IMG/VR virus record: IMGVR_UViG_3300022837_000037
Coordinates: 1 to 34,226 of that record
Direction: 5' to 3' (one strand)
Source: a virus
Taxonomy: Duplodnaviria > Caudoviricetes
Length of the DNA: 34,226 nt
Within the stretch, counting starts at the first letter, position 1, and each line of letters begins with the position of its first letter. This document shows, piece by piece, positions 1-9,900 of the stretch. The notes beneath the pieces were generated by a model. The model saw nothing but the letters and a program-made list of their open reading frames with translations, had not been told where the DNA came from and ran no database searches. A program made the translations under genes and the position numbers.

Positions 1-99
1 ATGGCTGTGGCTCTCAGAAGCATGGGCGTCCCCACAGCAAAGATTGCTACAGCCGCTGGGGTTTCATACCGCGCTATGGCCAGAAGACTGAGCAAGTGA
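1..99 (+). CDS. 3' end of a helix-turn-helix protein (likely truncated by window edge)
   Basis: Frame 1 reads MAVALRSMGVPTAKIATAAGVSYRAMARRLSK*, an HTH-like pattern (G-x-x-x-x-x-IA-x-x-x-GVS). Its TGA overlaps the next GTG start (GTGA at 96-99). Confidence 0.6.
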   Translation: MAVALRSMGVPTAKIATAAGVSYRAMARRLSK

Positions 100-425
100 G
101 AACTTACACTACCCAGAGCGGCACCTACACAGAAGCTGAGCTAGCTGTTGTTATTTGGATGAACCCCAAAACTAAGACTTCAGCCCAGTCTCGCTTTCTT
201 GAGACCATGACCGCTGAAAATTCACGTTTTCCCATGGCCTTTCCGCTCAAGACGCTTATAAAGAACCGCGATTGGCAGAATGCCACTCTTATTCGCACCA
301 GAGACGAAGTATTCGAATTCATCCGCTCTAGCGAGCGCACCCGACCGCTGATAGTTCCGCTTCCTATTGCCAAAGAGGCTTTAGGTTGGGAGGACTTCTA
401 TATCCCATCGGAGTACACCAAGTAA
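96..425 (+). CDS. hypothetical phage protein (109 aa)
   Basis: Coupled on both sides: GTGA overlap upstream, TAATG overlap downstream. No motif recognised. Confidence 0.7.
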   Translation: MRTYTTQSGTYTEAELAVVIWMNPKTKTSAQSRFLETMTAENSRFPMAFPLKTLIKNRDWQNATLIRTRDEVFEFIRSSERTRPLIVPLPIAKEALGWEDFYIPSEYTK

Positions 426-793
426 TGGCAATAGTAAAAACAATGGACGTTTTCCCAGCAATCATCAGGTTGGCTCCTCCAGGCTCCCTTTCCGACATAA
501 CTGAGCTAAATATCATTGGCGACGTTCCACAGGGGACCAGAAGAGTTGATACCGCCAGAGCTGTGGTTATTCAGGACACGCTAATTATTGGCGTTGATTC
601 TCCAGAGGGCACTCAAATTGTTTTCAAGGAGAAAATCACGCAATTAGAGAAGCTGGACAAGATTCACTACATTTTGACTGAGTCAGGTAAGATAGTGGCT
701 GTTGCTAAGGATAACAACTGCGGCTGTGGCACTCGCCTTCGTGGTTGGAACCCGTACGGCGCTTTCATAGCTTCCAGTCAGGACCCTGAATGA
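425..793 (+). CDS. hypothetical phage protein with C-terminal CGCG motif
   Basis: Start reassigned to ATG 425 (TAATG overlap with the previous stop). C-terminus NCGCGTRLRGWNPY. ATGA overlap with the next gene. Confidence 0.7.
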   Translation: MAIVKTMDVFPAIIRLAPPGSLSDITELNIIGDVPQGTRRVDTARAVVIQDTLIIGVDSPEGTQIVFKEKITQLEKLDKIHYILTESGKIVAVAKDNNCGCGTRLRGWNPYGAFIASSQDPE

Positions 794-1074
794 CACTGTT
801 TGAGTTTGTAATCATCGGACTAGCAGTATTCCGACTCAGTAGGCTCATCACAACCGACGTTATCTTCGAGCCCCTGAGAAATCGCTTCTGGAAAAAACAC
901 CCACCGCAGAGCAGCAAGCTTGGCTACTTAATAACTTGTGACTGGTGCACCTCTATTTGGGTCGCATCACTAGTTGTACCATCCGTTATCATTATCCCAG
1001 TACTTGTTTACGTCTACGCCGTTTTTGCGGCGTCGGCAATAGCAGGCCTGTTGACCGCGTACGAGCAAAAATAA
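790..1074 (+). CDS. DUF1360-like small membrane protein
   Basis: LAVFRLSRLITTDxIFEPLR...LITCDWCTSIWVA pattern with hydrophobic segments, matching my recollection of DUF1360. Confidence 0.75.
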   Translation: MTLFEFVIIGLAVFRLSRLITTDVIFEPLRNRFWKKHPPQSSKLGYLITCDWCTSIWVASLVVPSVIIIPVLVYVYAVFAASAIAGLLTAYEQK

Positions 1075-1111
1075 CTTGTATTCCGCAACTAATTGACGAG
1101 GAGACCGCCCA

Positions 1112-2818
1112 ATGGGTGTATTTAAAAGAGAAGAGCCAGCACAGGAGCCAGTAGCTCCAAAAGCTAGCGCTAAAAAATCTAGCAAAGGCAAGCCTTTCGG
1201 GAGCTCAAGACTTCCACAGCCAGCTGGTGCATCTTTCTTCTTCAACGCCCCAACTCCCGTTCCCTTTAACTCTCCCCGCGCCCTTACGGCTGCTGCCTCG
1301 CAAGTAAAAATGAACGACAAGGCCGAGTTCGAGCAGTTTAAAGCGCGCCGCTCCGCTTCATCCTCCGCTTGGCAGTCAGAAGCTTGGGAGTACTACGACG
1401 CAATTGGCGAAATCAAATACGCCTTCAACTTAGTTGCATCCGTTGTCTCACGTATCCGCATCTTTGCGGCTGCAATTGACGACCCAAGCCAGTCTCCTGT
1501 TGCAGCGAGCGAGTCCAGCTCAATCGACCAGAACCTTGCCTCAGCCGCAGAACGCGCACTTTCCCGCCTCAACTCCGCCTACGGTGGACAGCCAGGTCTT
1601 TTGAAAGATGCTGCCCTCAATCTTTCAGTTACTGGCGAATGCTACCTAGTTCAGATGCCAGCCCGTAGAGGAACTGGAGAGCCCGAGTCTTGGGACATCC
1701 GTTCCGTTGATGAAGTTGTAGCTGACGGTAGCGGAAACTTAAACGTTATTGGTCGCCGCGAACAAGGCGCAGGGCAGGGTGGCGGAAAAAACTCAGGAGT
1801 TGTCAACCTAGGCAAGAACGCTTTCGTTGGCCGTATCTGGCGCTCACACCCTCGCTACTCAGACGAGTCCGACTCGAGCCTGCGCGGTCTATTAGACCTT
1901 TGCGCAGAATTGCTTTTGTTGAACAGAACTTTCCGTGCAACCGCTCGCTCACGCCTAAACGCTGGCGCTCTTTACTTGCCAGACGGTCTTTCCGTAGCTG
2001 CACAGGGCGACCCTGCAAACTACCCTTACGATTCTGAAGATGGAATTGGCGCTGGCTTCACAGCTGAGGAAGCAGAAGACGAGTTTGAAGAGCAGTTGAT
2101 GGACGCGATGACCACGCCGATTCGTGACGAAGAGTCCGCATCTGCAGTTGTGCCCCTGATTATCCGTGGACCTGCCGAGCTTGGCGATGCCATCAAGCAG
2201 TTTAAGTTCGAGCGTTCTTTCGACCCAGCGCTAGCTGAGCGCTCCGACCGCGTACTAGAGCGTATCTTGCAGGGCCTAGATGTTCCTAAGGACGTCGTTA
2301 CGGGGCTTGCCAACGTTAAGTACTCCAATGCGCTCCAGATAGACGAAGCTCTTTATAAAGCTCACATCGAGCCTTTGATGCTCCTTATTGTTGACGCCCT
2401 AACAGTTGTCTACTTGCGTCCGTACCTAATTGCCAACGGCTACTCAGAGTCAGAAGTTTCTCGCATCACCGTTTGGTATGACCCTTCAGCCGTTTCTACA
2501 CGTAACGACAGGGCAACCGATGCTGACGCAGGCTTTGACCGCGGAGCAGTGTCCTACGACACATGGAGACGTGCGCACGGCTTCTCGGACCAAGATGCCC
2601 CCACTCCTACAGAGCTTGCAATACGCATGCTTCAGGAAAAGGGCTCGCTAACTCCAGAACTTACCGAAGCGATGCTTGGCGCTGTTTCCCCAGAGATTAT
2701 GAATGCAGTTCGTGCAGCACAGCAAGGCCAGTCCGTTGCCCCGTTGCCAACTGAAGTTGAAGAGGTTTTGAAAAGAGCAGCCGCGGGCGAGCCTGCCCCT
2801 GAAGAAGAAGCTAACTAA
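1112..2818 (+). CDS. portal protein (actinophage cluster-B-like)
   Basis: 568 aa; WQSEAWEYYDAIGEIKYA...SRIRI, GRIWRSHPR...SDSS, RSRLNAG and SAVVPLI motifs recalled from cluster-B-type portals. GAGGAG RBS upstream; first large gene of the head module. Confidence 0.85.
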   Translation: MGVFKREEPAQEPVAPKASAKKSSKGKPFGSSRLPQPAGASFFFNAPTPVPFNSPRALTAAASQVKMNDKAEFEQFKARRSASSSAWQSEAWEYYDAIGEIKYAFNLVASVVSRIRIFAAAIDDPSQSPVAASESSSIDQNLASAAERALSRLNSAYGGQPGLLKDAALNLSVTGECYLVQMPARRGTGEPESWDIRSVDEVVADGSGNLNVIGRREQGAGQGGGKNSGVVNLGKNAFVGRIWRSHPRYSDESDSSLRGLLDLCAELLLLNRTFRATARSRLNAGALYLPDGLSVAAQGDPANYPYDSEDGIGAGFTAEEAEDEFEEQLMDAMTTPIRDEESASAVVPLIIRGPAELGDAIKQFKFERSFDPALAERSDRVLERILQGLDVPKDVVTGLANVKYSNALQIDEALYKAHIEPLMLLIVDALTVVYLRPYLIANGYSESEVSRITVWYDPSAVSTRNDRATDADAGFDRGAVSYDTWRRAHGFSDQDAPTPTELAIRMLQEKGSLTPELTEAMLGAVSPEIMNAVRAAQQGQSVAPLPTEVEEVLKRAAAGEPAPEEEAN

Positions 2819-2820
2819 TT

Positions 2821-3999
2821 ATGGAAAAAGGGGACGAGCTAGCTAAGGGGCAGGGCAACGTTCCTATGCCTCAACCAACTTCGTCAATTACCGTTTCTGA
2901 TAAGAACAGCCTTATCCGTACTCTGTCGACTCTAGAGAATGAAGTTCACGAACTTCGCAAGACCATCAGAGAAGAGTATGCCTCCGAAGAGCTTTCCAAT
3001 AGCCCATGCTGGGACGGCTACGTCCAAATAGGAATGAAGAAGGGTAAAAACGGTAATCAAGTTCCTAACTGCGTTCCTGCTACTACTTCAGCTATCGCCG
3101 AAGCTGCAACGTTTGCCGCTGAGAACAGGCCAGCTGCCCCTGAGGGCTTCCACTACATGCCAGACGGTGCACTAATGCCAGACTCGGCACACGACGAGAA
3201 TGCCCCAAGACCAGAAGCTCCCGAAGGTTATCACTACATGCCAGACGGAAATCTTATGTTGGACTCTGAGCACGACGACGAAGCTGCAGCTAAAAAGAAG
3301 CGCACTGCTGCCCAGACTCCTGCTCCCAAGAAGGACCAAGTAAAAGGCTCTTCAAAGAACAAAAAGGGCTCGGCTTCTGGCAGTAAGAAAATTACCTTCT
3401 CAAAGGCCGTAGAAAAAGCTCTTTCCAACAAGGTTGAGACCCACAATAAAAAAGCATCGAAGGGACGCCGCGCAACTCTTGGGATGCTAAAGGCTGTTTA
3501 CCGCCGCGGAGCTGGGGCCTTCTCCACAAGCTACCGACCTGGACAGAACCGAAACTCTTGGGCACTTGCTCGCGTTAACGCGTTCTTGCGTTTGCTTTCC
3601 TCAGGTAAACCCTCTAAGGCTGCTTACGTACAGGACAACGACCTACTTCCTGCTTCACACCCAAGGTCCACCAAGAAAGACTCTTCTACCGAGCCCTTGA
3701 CCGCTGACGCTCAGGACCACTCCGAGCTAGAACTTATAACGGCCTCTGCTTACGCAGAAGCTGAACTCGAAATCGAGCTGCCCGCAGAGAACACTTTTAA
3801 AACAGCACAGGAAGCAATTCTTGCTCTTACCGAGTTTTCAGATTTTGGCTACGAAGCAGAAGAAGCTATCAAGGCAAGCTGGCTCCGTGCAATACGAAAC
3901 GGGGAAGACCCATACGTAAGAGCGAAGCTTCTCTCAACTTTGACACACGACAGTTTAGATGCAGACTTATTGCCAAGAGAGGCCTCTGAAAATGAGTAA
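2821..3999 (+). CDS. head-associated multi-motif protein (CWxGY..NCVP motif, 2x HYMPDG repeats, DUF5824-like domain)
   Basis: 392 aa; PCWDGYVQIGMKKGKNGNQVPNCVP; two 27-aa repeats; KAVYRRGAGAFSTSYRPG..WALARVNAF resembles DUF5824-type viral domains. Located directly after portal. Confidence 0.7.
   Translation: MEKGDELAKGQGNVPMPQPTSSITVSDKNSLIRTLSTLENEVHELRKTIREEYASEELSNSPCWDGYVQIGMKKGKNGNQVPNCVPATTSAIAEAATFAAENRPAAPEGFHYMPDGALMPDSAHDENAPRPEAPEGYHYMPDGNLMLDSEHDDEAAAKKKRTAAQTPAPKKDQVKGSSKNKKGSASGSKKITFSKAVEKALSNKVETHNKKASKGRRATLGMLKAVYRRGAGAFSTSYRPGQNRNSWALARVNAFLRLLSSGKPSKAAYVQDNDLLPASHPRSTKKDSSTEPLTADAQDHSELELITASAYAEAELEIELPAENTFKTAQEAILALTEFSDFGYEAEEAIKASWLRAIRNGEDPYVRAKLLSTLTHDSLDADLLPREASENE
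3127..3276 (+). repeat. tandem 81-nt (27-aa) coding repeat, 2 copies
   Basis: Identical 17-mer CACTACATGCCAGACGG at 3151-3167 and 3232-3248; protein RPxAPEG[FY]HYMPDGxLMxDSxHD twice. Confidence 0.9.
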
Positions 4000-6900
4000 C
4001 GAATACCCGATTAAGCCAGCAACACATACGCTATCTTTTGACGGACAAAATGCGAGCATCATTCGCGACATTCTTTCTTCTCTTGCAGAGCTAAACGAAG
4101 GTCACCGCGCATCTCGCCGAGTTACAGCTGGCATGGCTAAAAAAGTCGCCACACGCTCTCTTGCAAAGACTGCCGACCAGACTTACTCCCTTCGCCGCCA
4201 CCGTGCTTTTTCCGACCTCTCAGACTTCGCGGCACTTGCCCAGTTGGATAAGGGGCTTACCGCTTCTGCCCACACGAACCTGCTCCCCGTATCACATCCT
4301 CGGTCTACTCGCAAAAGTGCAATGGACTGGAAAGAACTTCGTAAGGCGCAAGCACGTTGGTTTGCTGACGACTCTCGCGTTACCGACCCCCTAGTTGGGC
4401 CGCTTCTCGCATCTGCCTTTACCGCTGAGCTAGGAAGCTCTGCCCACCAGTACGCTGTTGCTCGTCTGAACGCAATGGGACCAACTCAGGTTCCTCTAGT
4501 TGCATTGGTTGCCGCATTTAAAATGGGTGGCAATAAAGGCTTCTGGCGCTTCCAGCTTCGAGACAGTGAAGGTAAGTTTGCCAACATGTTTGGCGGTATC
4601 CGCAGGCTAGTGCGCCGTATAAACGGGACCGTTTCGTGGCTTGCTGGTCGAGTTGTTTCGACCAACCCAAATAACAAGACTTTTATCCAAGAACTACCAG
4701 ATGGCAGGCTAATTAGAACAGCAGCCTCTGCTGGTAAGTCTGTTAAGGCAATTCTTCCCAACCAACAGGACGCTCAAGGATTCAGCAAGACTCCAGCCAA
4801 ATCAGCAGCTGATAGCGATGTGGTTGACGAAGCAGACTTAGAGTTTGTAGATTCTCCAGATGGCTACAAAAAAGACCCGTCTTATAAGCCTACGCAGGAA
4901 GACATTGACTACTACGGACCAAAGATTGACCTTGGAACTAAATTTGTTGACGATAACGACAACTATGAAGTCCTAAAGTTTGACAACGGAGCCAACGTTG
5001 CCGCAAGAAACAAGTTTGAAGCCCAGCAGCAAAAAGAAGCTGAAGGTAACAACGTTGTTGCTCTAGGCATGGCCGAAGACGGCGAGCTTAACCCAGCGCT
5101 GCCTGTTTATTTTGTTCGCCGTAAAGATGACAAAGATAAAGACTTTGCTGTTGCTCAGTCTTGGGCAGATGTTCAAGACTTTATCGCTAAAGACGAGGAC
5201 CTTTACGAAGCAGGCGAGCCAGCTGACCCACAGCGTCCTTCACGCTCTGCTGGCCTTCTTGACCCAGAGCTTAAGGTTGGCGACAAGGTTGATACAGCTA
5301 ACTTTGACGGGGAAGAGATTCCTGGAGACGAGAATGCGTCCAAGTCACTACAGACTGCTTACCAGAAGAAACTAAAAAGCTTTAAAGATGCAGGCGGCGA
5401 GTTCCCACTTGACCCAACCCGTAGTCACTTTATGTTGGAAGACGGCACTGTTATCGACTCCGAGACGGGCCGCGTTCTTCGCGACTCCGTTGGAAACGCA
5501 AACCCAGACGCATGGCTAGATGATTTTGACGAGCAAGGAACTCAGAAGGACGAGGAAGCTCCTGCTGCAGCCACAGACGACACCCCTGAGACCGAATCAC
5601 CCTCTGTACCAGCTAACTACTATGAAATAGATACAAACGCTTCCTACGAGCCTCAGGGGGCTACTGAAGGGCAAGAGTCTGAGGACTTTACCGATGACCC
5701 TGCTGCACTTTCAGAAGAGTTCTCAGCTAAAGACCTAGTTAACGCTCTAAATGAGGGTGTTGTTGGTTCCGATAGCGTTCCTGGCAACGGTTTTGGCTAC
5801 TTGGACTTCTCTGACGGCGCTGAGATAGTTCCAGTTGAGGCTATCTACGAAGCTCTTAACGAAAAGGGCGAAGACGCTAAAGCCATTCTTGATGATATCT
5901 ACAAAGTCGGCAACGGTGACTTAGGGACTAAGGTTCCTAAGGGGACAAAAGAAGCCCTAGGTGACGAGCTTCCTGAAGCAGCTAAGGCCGAGCCTACGGG
6001 TAAAAAGCTTCCTCCACTGATTGAGGGAATGACCAAAGATGAGCAGCAAGCATTTTTGGATTCAGGCGAGTACAAGGCCTACCTCCCAGAAAACAAAGCT
6101 TACTCAGACTCTGATGTTCCAGAGGGTTACTCAGCAATTGACGAAGCACCTTTCAATGAAATTGAGGGCGACACTCCTCAGGATGCACCTCAAGGCTTTT
6201 CTGTCAGCCCAGTTGACATTGCTAACGATTACAAAAACGAAGAACTTATCAAGGAGCTTCGCCGCTCTATAGAGCCAGGAAATGCAACTCCAGGTTATGG
6301 AATCTTGGGCATGGACACTCCTGAAGGGGAGCAGTACCTAGCAAACGTTCCAGCCGAGGCAATTCGTGACGCACTTCAGCTGCAAGGCGTGGACACCGAC
6401 GAGCTGATAGATGCTATCTACGCAGAGGGCTTAAAAGGGCAAAACTTTGACGAGCCTACTAATGCTCAAATCCAAGACGCTATTGACGGCGAGGATGTTG
6501 AAGAAGTCGAAGCTACCCCCGAAGAAACCCCAGTAGCAGAACTTCCAGCTGCAGACGAACCAGTAGCCGCCGCTGACACAGCCACATCTACGTCAGAAAT
6601 CTCAACAGGAGAACCAGACGGACCAGCTCTACTAAGCGCCAGTGCCGAGAACCTTAAAGCAGGGGATATTACGTTCTCTGACAACTTTGTAATTGAAAAT
6701 GTATTCTCCGACGCTGACTCAGAGGCACAAAAGCCAGGAAGCGTTTGGATTGAGGGATACTACCCTGGACACCAGACTCAGAAGACAAAGCTCTGGGGCA
6801 AGAATGTTCAGATTAAAGTTTACCGCAATGTAGAAGCTCCTGCAAAGGGAGACCTCCCAGTTCTATCTAAGCCAAAGCCAAAAGAATTTGACCCCGAAGG

Positions 6901-9900
6901 TAAGATTTTTAAGGACAAGAACTTAGGGGTTTTTGTTCCTAAGGACGCAGAAGCTCGTAGCAAATTTCTTGATGCTTTAGACGAGTACAACAAAAACCTA
7001 GCGCAAGCTCAGGGGCTATGGACCGAACCTGACATCCAGACTCTTGCTGTGTGGCAGACCGAGGAAGTTGCCTTACCGTTTAGCCCAGCAACCCCCGTTG
7101 GTGTAACTACGGTTAAGGCTACAGAAGTTAAAGCTGGAGACGTCACTTTCAAAAAAGAGTGGGGTTCTGATTTTTACGAGTACTTCATTATTGAAGGCGT
7201 AGAAGAGGTAGACGGAAAAGCTGTTGTTAAGGGTTACTACCCTGGACACGTTTCGCAGACAAAAGAGTGGAACGCCACCACTGAGATTACGGTAATGCGC
7301 GGTGCCTCTAACTTGCCAGCTCCTGGAGAAAAGCCAGCGCTTTCACGCCCAGACAAGACTGACCTAGATTTAGTAGAGAAGAAAGCCGCATTCAAGGAAG
7401 CAAAGAAGCTCTCCGCAGAAGGCTTTACTCCTCCAATTGACCCAGACTCCGTTTCAACTGCTCAAACGGGAGCCACCGACAAGCCTAAGAAAAAGACTCC
7501 TTCTAAGCCAAAGCCTCCTGCCTTTCCAGCATTCTCTGGGGATAGGCTCAAGCAGATTGAAATTGAAGCAGCTGGCGACCCTACAAAGTTCCTAGAGCTT
7601 CTAGAAAAAGAAGAGATAATCTATCTCGACTTCGAGACTGCAGCTGACGGTGCATTTGAAGGCCAGACACCTATTCAAGTTGCATGGACCAAAATCAAAG
7701 ATGGTTTATCAACTGGCGTCGGAGCTTACTGGATGAACCCAGAAGTGCCACTTTCAGACTTCTACAAGAACGCCGACCCAGACGAGACCCTAAAAGACCC
7801 TTCTGGTAAGCCAGTCTCTAATGAGTTCTTGGCAGAGCAGCCTTCTATCCAAGAGCAGATGACAAAGCTTCTTGAAAAGATTGGCCCTGACACAATTGTT
7901 CTAGCTCACAACGTGCCGTTTGATGGTGGCATTATGAAGCGCTTCGCCCAAAAGTTCAACCTTCAGTACAATCCAGGCGGGGAGATAGACACCCTATCCC
8001 TAGCTCGTCTTGTTATTAACGGAGGCTACAAAGCGCACACGCTTCAAAACGTTGCAAGCCGCTACGGAATTGTACCTAACGGCAGCTGGCACGACGCGGT
8101 AACTGATAGTGATGTACTTCCTCCAATCTTAAAAAATCTTTTAGAAGAGATGTCTAAGACAAAGCAAGGACTCTCAGCTCTTAACGTTGACGCCAACATG
8201 CAAAAGTATGAAGAGGAACTTGTAAAGTTCAAAGCAGCCCAGGCTAAAAAAGACCTCGCTGACACAAGCCTTCCTGTCTCTAAAATCGTTAAAGATACTT
8301 TTGGTGGCGACGCTAAGGTCTCTACAGTTGACGAAATTATAAAGACAATGCCTAAGGTTCGTCCAACTTCTGATGAGGTTACTTCTGCTACAGCCGCAGC
8401 TAAGGTTGATTTAGGGGACGGCGACCTAGAAATTCAATCCGTACTAGGTGACTCCATCTCAAATAACTGGGTAAATGACAACGAGAACACCACATCGCTT
8501 GGCAAAGTCCCTGTTGAGCAGTGGCAGGCAGGGGACTTCCTCCGCGCTCCATCAGGTGGCTGGTTTGAAGTCCTCGAAGTTGTTGAGGACCCAGCTGACT
8601 CAGACAACATGTTTGTAAGACGTCGTTTGCTTATAAATGGCAAAGAGTACGGTATGAACAAGTCTTGGGTAAAGTTCCAGGCTTACGAGATTCGACGCCG
8701 CAACGGTGAAGTTGACGCTCCTGTTATTGAAGAAGCAGCTCCTAATGTCGACACGGAAACTACCATTGAGAAGTGGCAGAGCTACGACATTAAGCAAGAT
8801 GCTGACGGTGTTTACTATGCTGACGGAATCTCTAGCTCTGATGTTCAGAAGCTACGAAACGGGTTGATGACTCCACCTCAGTTGCCGTTCTTTGCTCCAA
8901 TGGGCGGCGGCAATAACCTTGACCAAGGCGATGGCTACTTCTTCTCTGCTAACGGACAACGTTTCTGGGGCAAGTTTGGTGCAGCGGGCGCTCTAGTTCG
9001 CCGTAAAAACAACGAAGGCGTCTTTGAGTACTTCCTCGCAAAGCGTTCCTCTGGACTTTCACAGGGTGGCGGAAAGTGGGGGTACCCAGGTGGTGCCCAC
9101 AAGGACAAGGGCGACTCCGAAGAAAATAACGGCATCATCACTGCAATCAATGAATTCGAAGAAGAAGTTGATGGCGACTTAAGCCCAGACTTTGTTGTTC
9201 CAGTAGGTCAGTTTGATAATCAAGTTGCTCCTGACTGGACATACAATACTCACCTATTTGAAGTAGGACCAGGACAGCTAAACGACCTGTCGCTAAAAGA
9301 CGGAGAAAACTCTGAGATTGGTTGGTTCACTGCTGACCAAATCAGCAAGATGGCTTCTCAAGGCACTCTTCAAGACAACTTTGCACAGACCGCAGATGTG
9401 CTCTTGGGCCTTGCGCTCGACGAGCCTACGACAACTGAGCCCGATGAAATTACTATCCCTGAAGCACAAAGCGGCTCATTGGGTCAAGTCTTTGATACGT
9501 CCAAGTGGAAAAAGGTAGCAGGACAAGCTGGGTCAAACCAAGGTGCGTTCTATGTTGACCCAGACAGTGGGCAACAGTACTACGTTAAAACCCCACAGAG
9601 TGAGTCCCACGCAGCTAACGAAGTTCTTGCCTCCGCGCTGTACGAAGAGGCTGGTCTAGACGTTGGTCGTTCTTACATTGGTAAGAACAAGGCTGGGAAA
9701 ATGGTTATAGTTTCTCCTTTCATTGATGGAACCGACGGAACTCTCGGTCAGATTGCACCTAACCAAAACATCACTGACGAAATCAAAAAGGGCTTTGCAG
9801 TTGACGCGTGGATGAACAACTACGATGTCATCGGCCTTGAGAAGGACAACATTGTTGTTGCCAACGCCAAGCCTTTCCGTATTGACGCTGGTGGTGCACT

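Noticed and set aside
386-424. Upstream extension of the 135-aa ORF
   Set aside because: Overlaps the previous gene by 40 nt; TAATG coupling at 423-427 favours ATG 425.
3959-3991. Upstream extension of the giant ORF
   Set aside because: ATG 3992 gives a short overlap consistent with the coupling seen throughout the operon.
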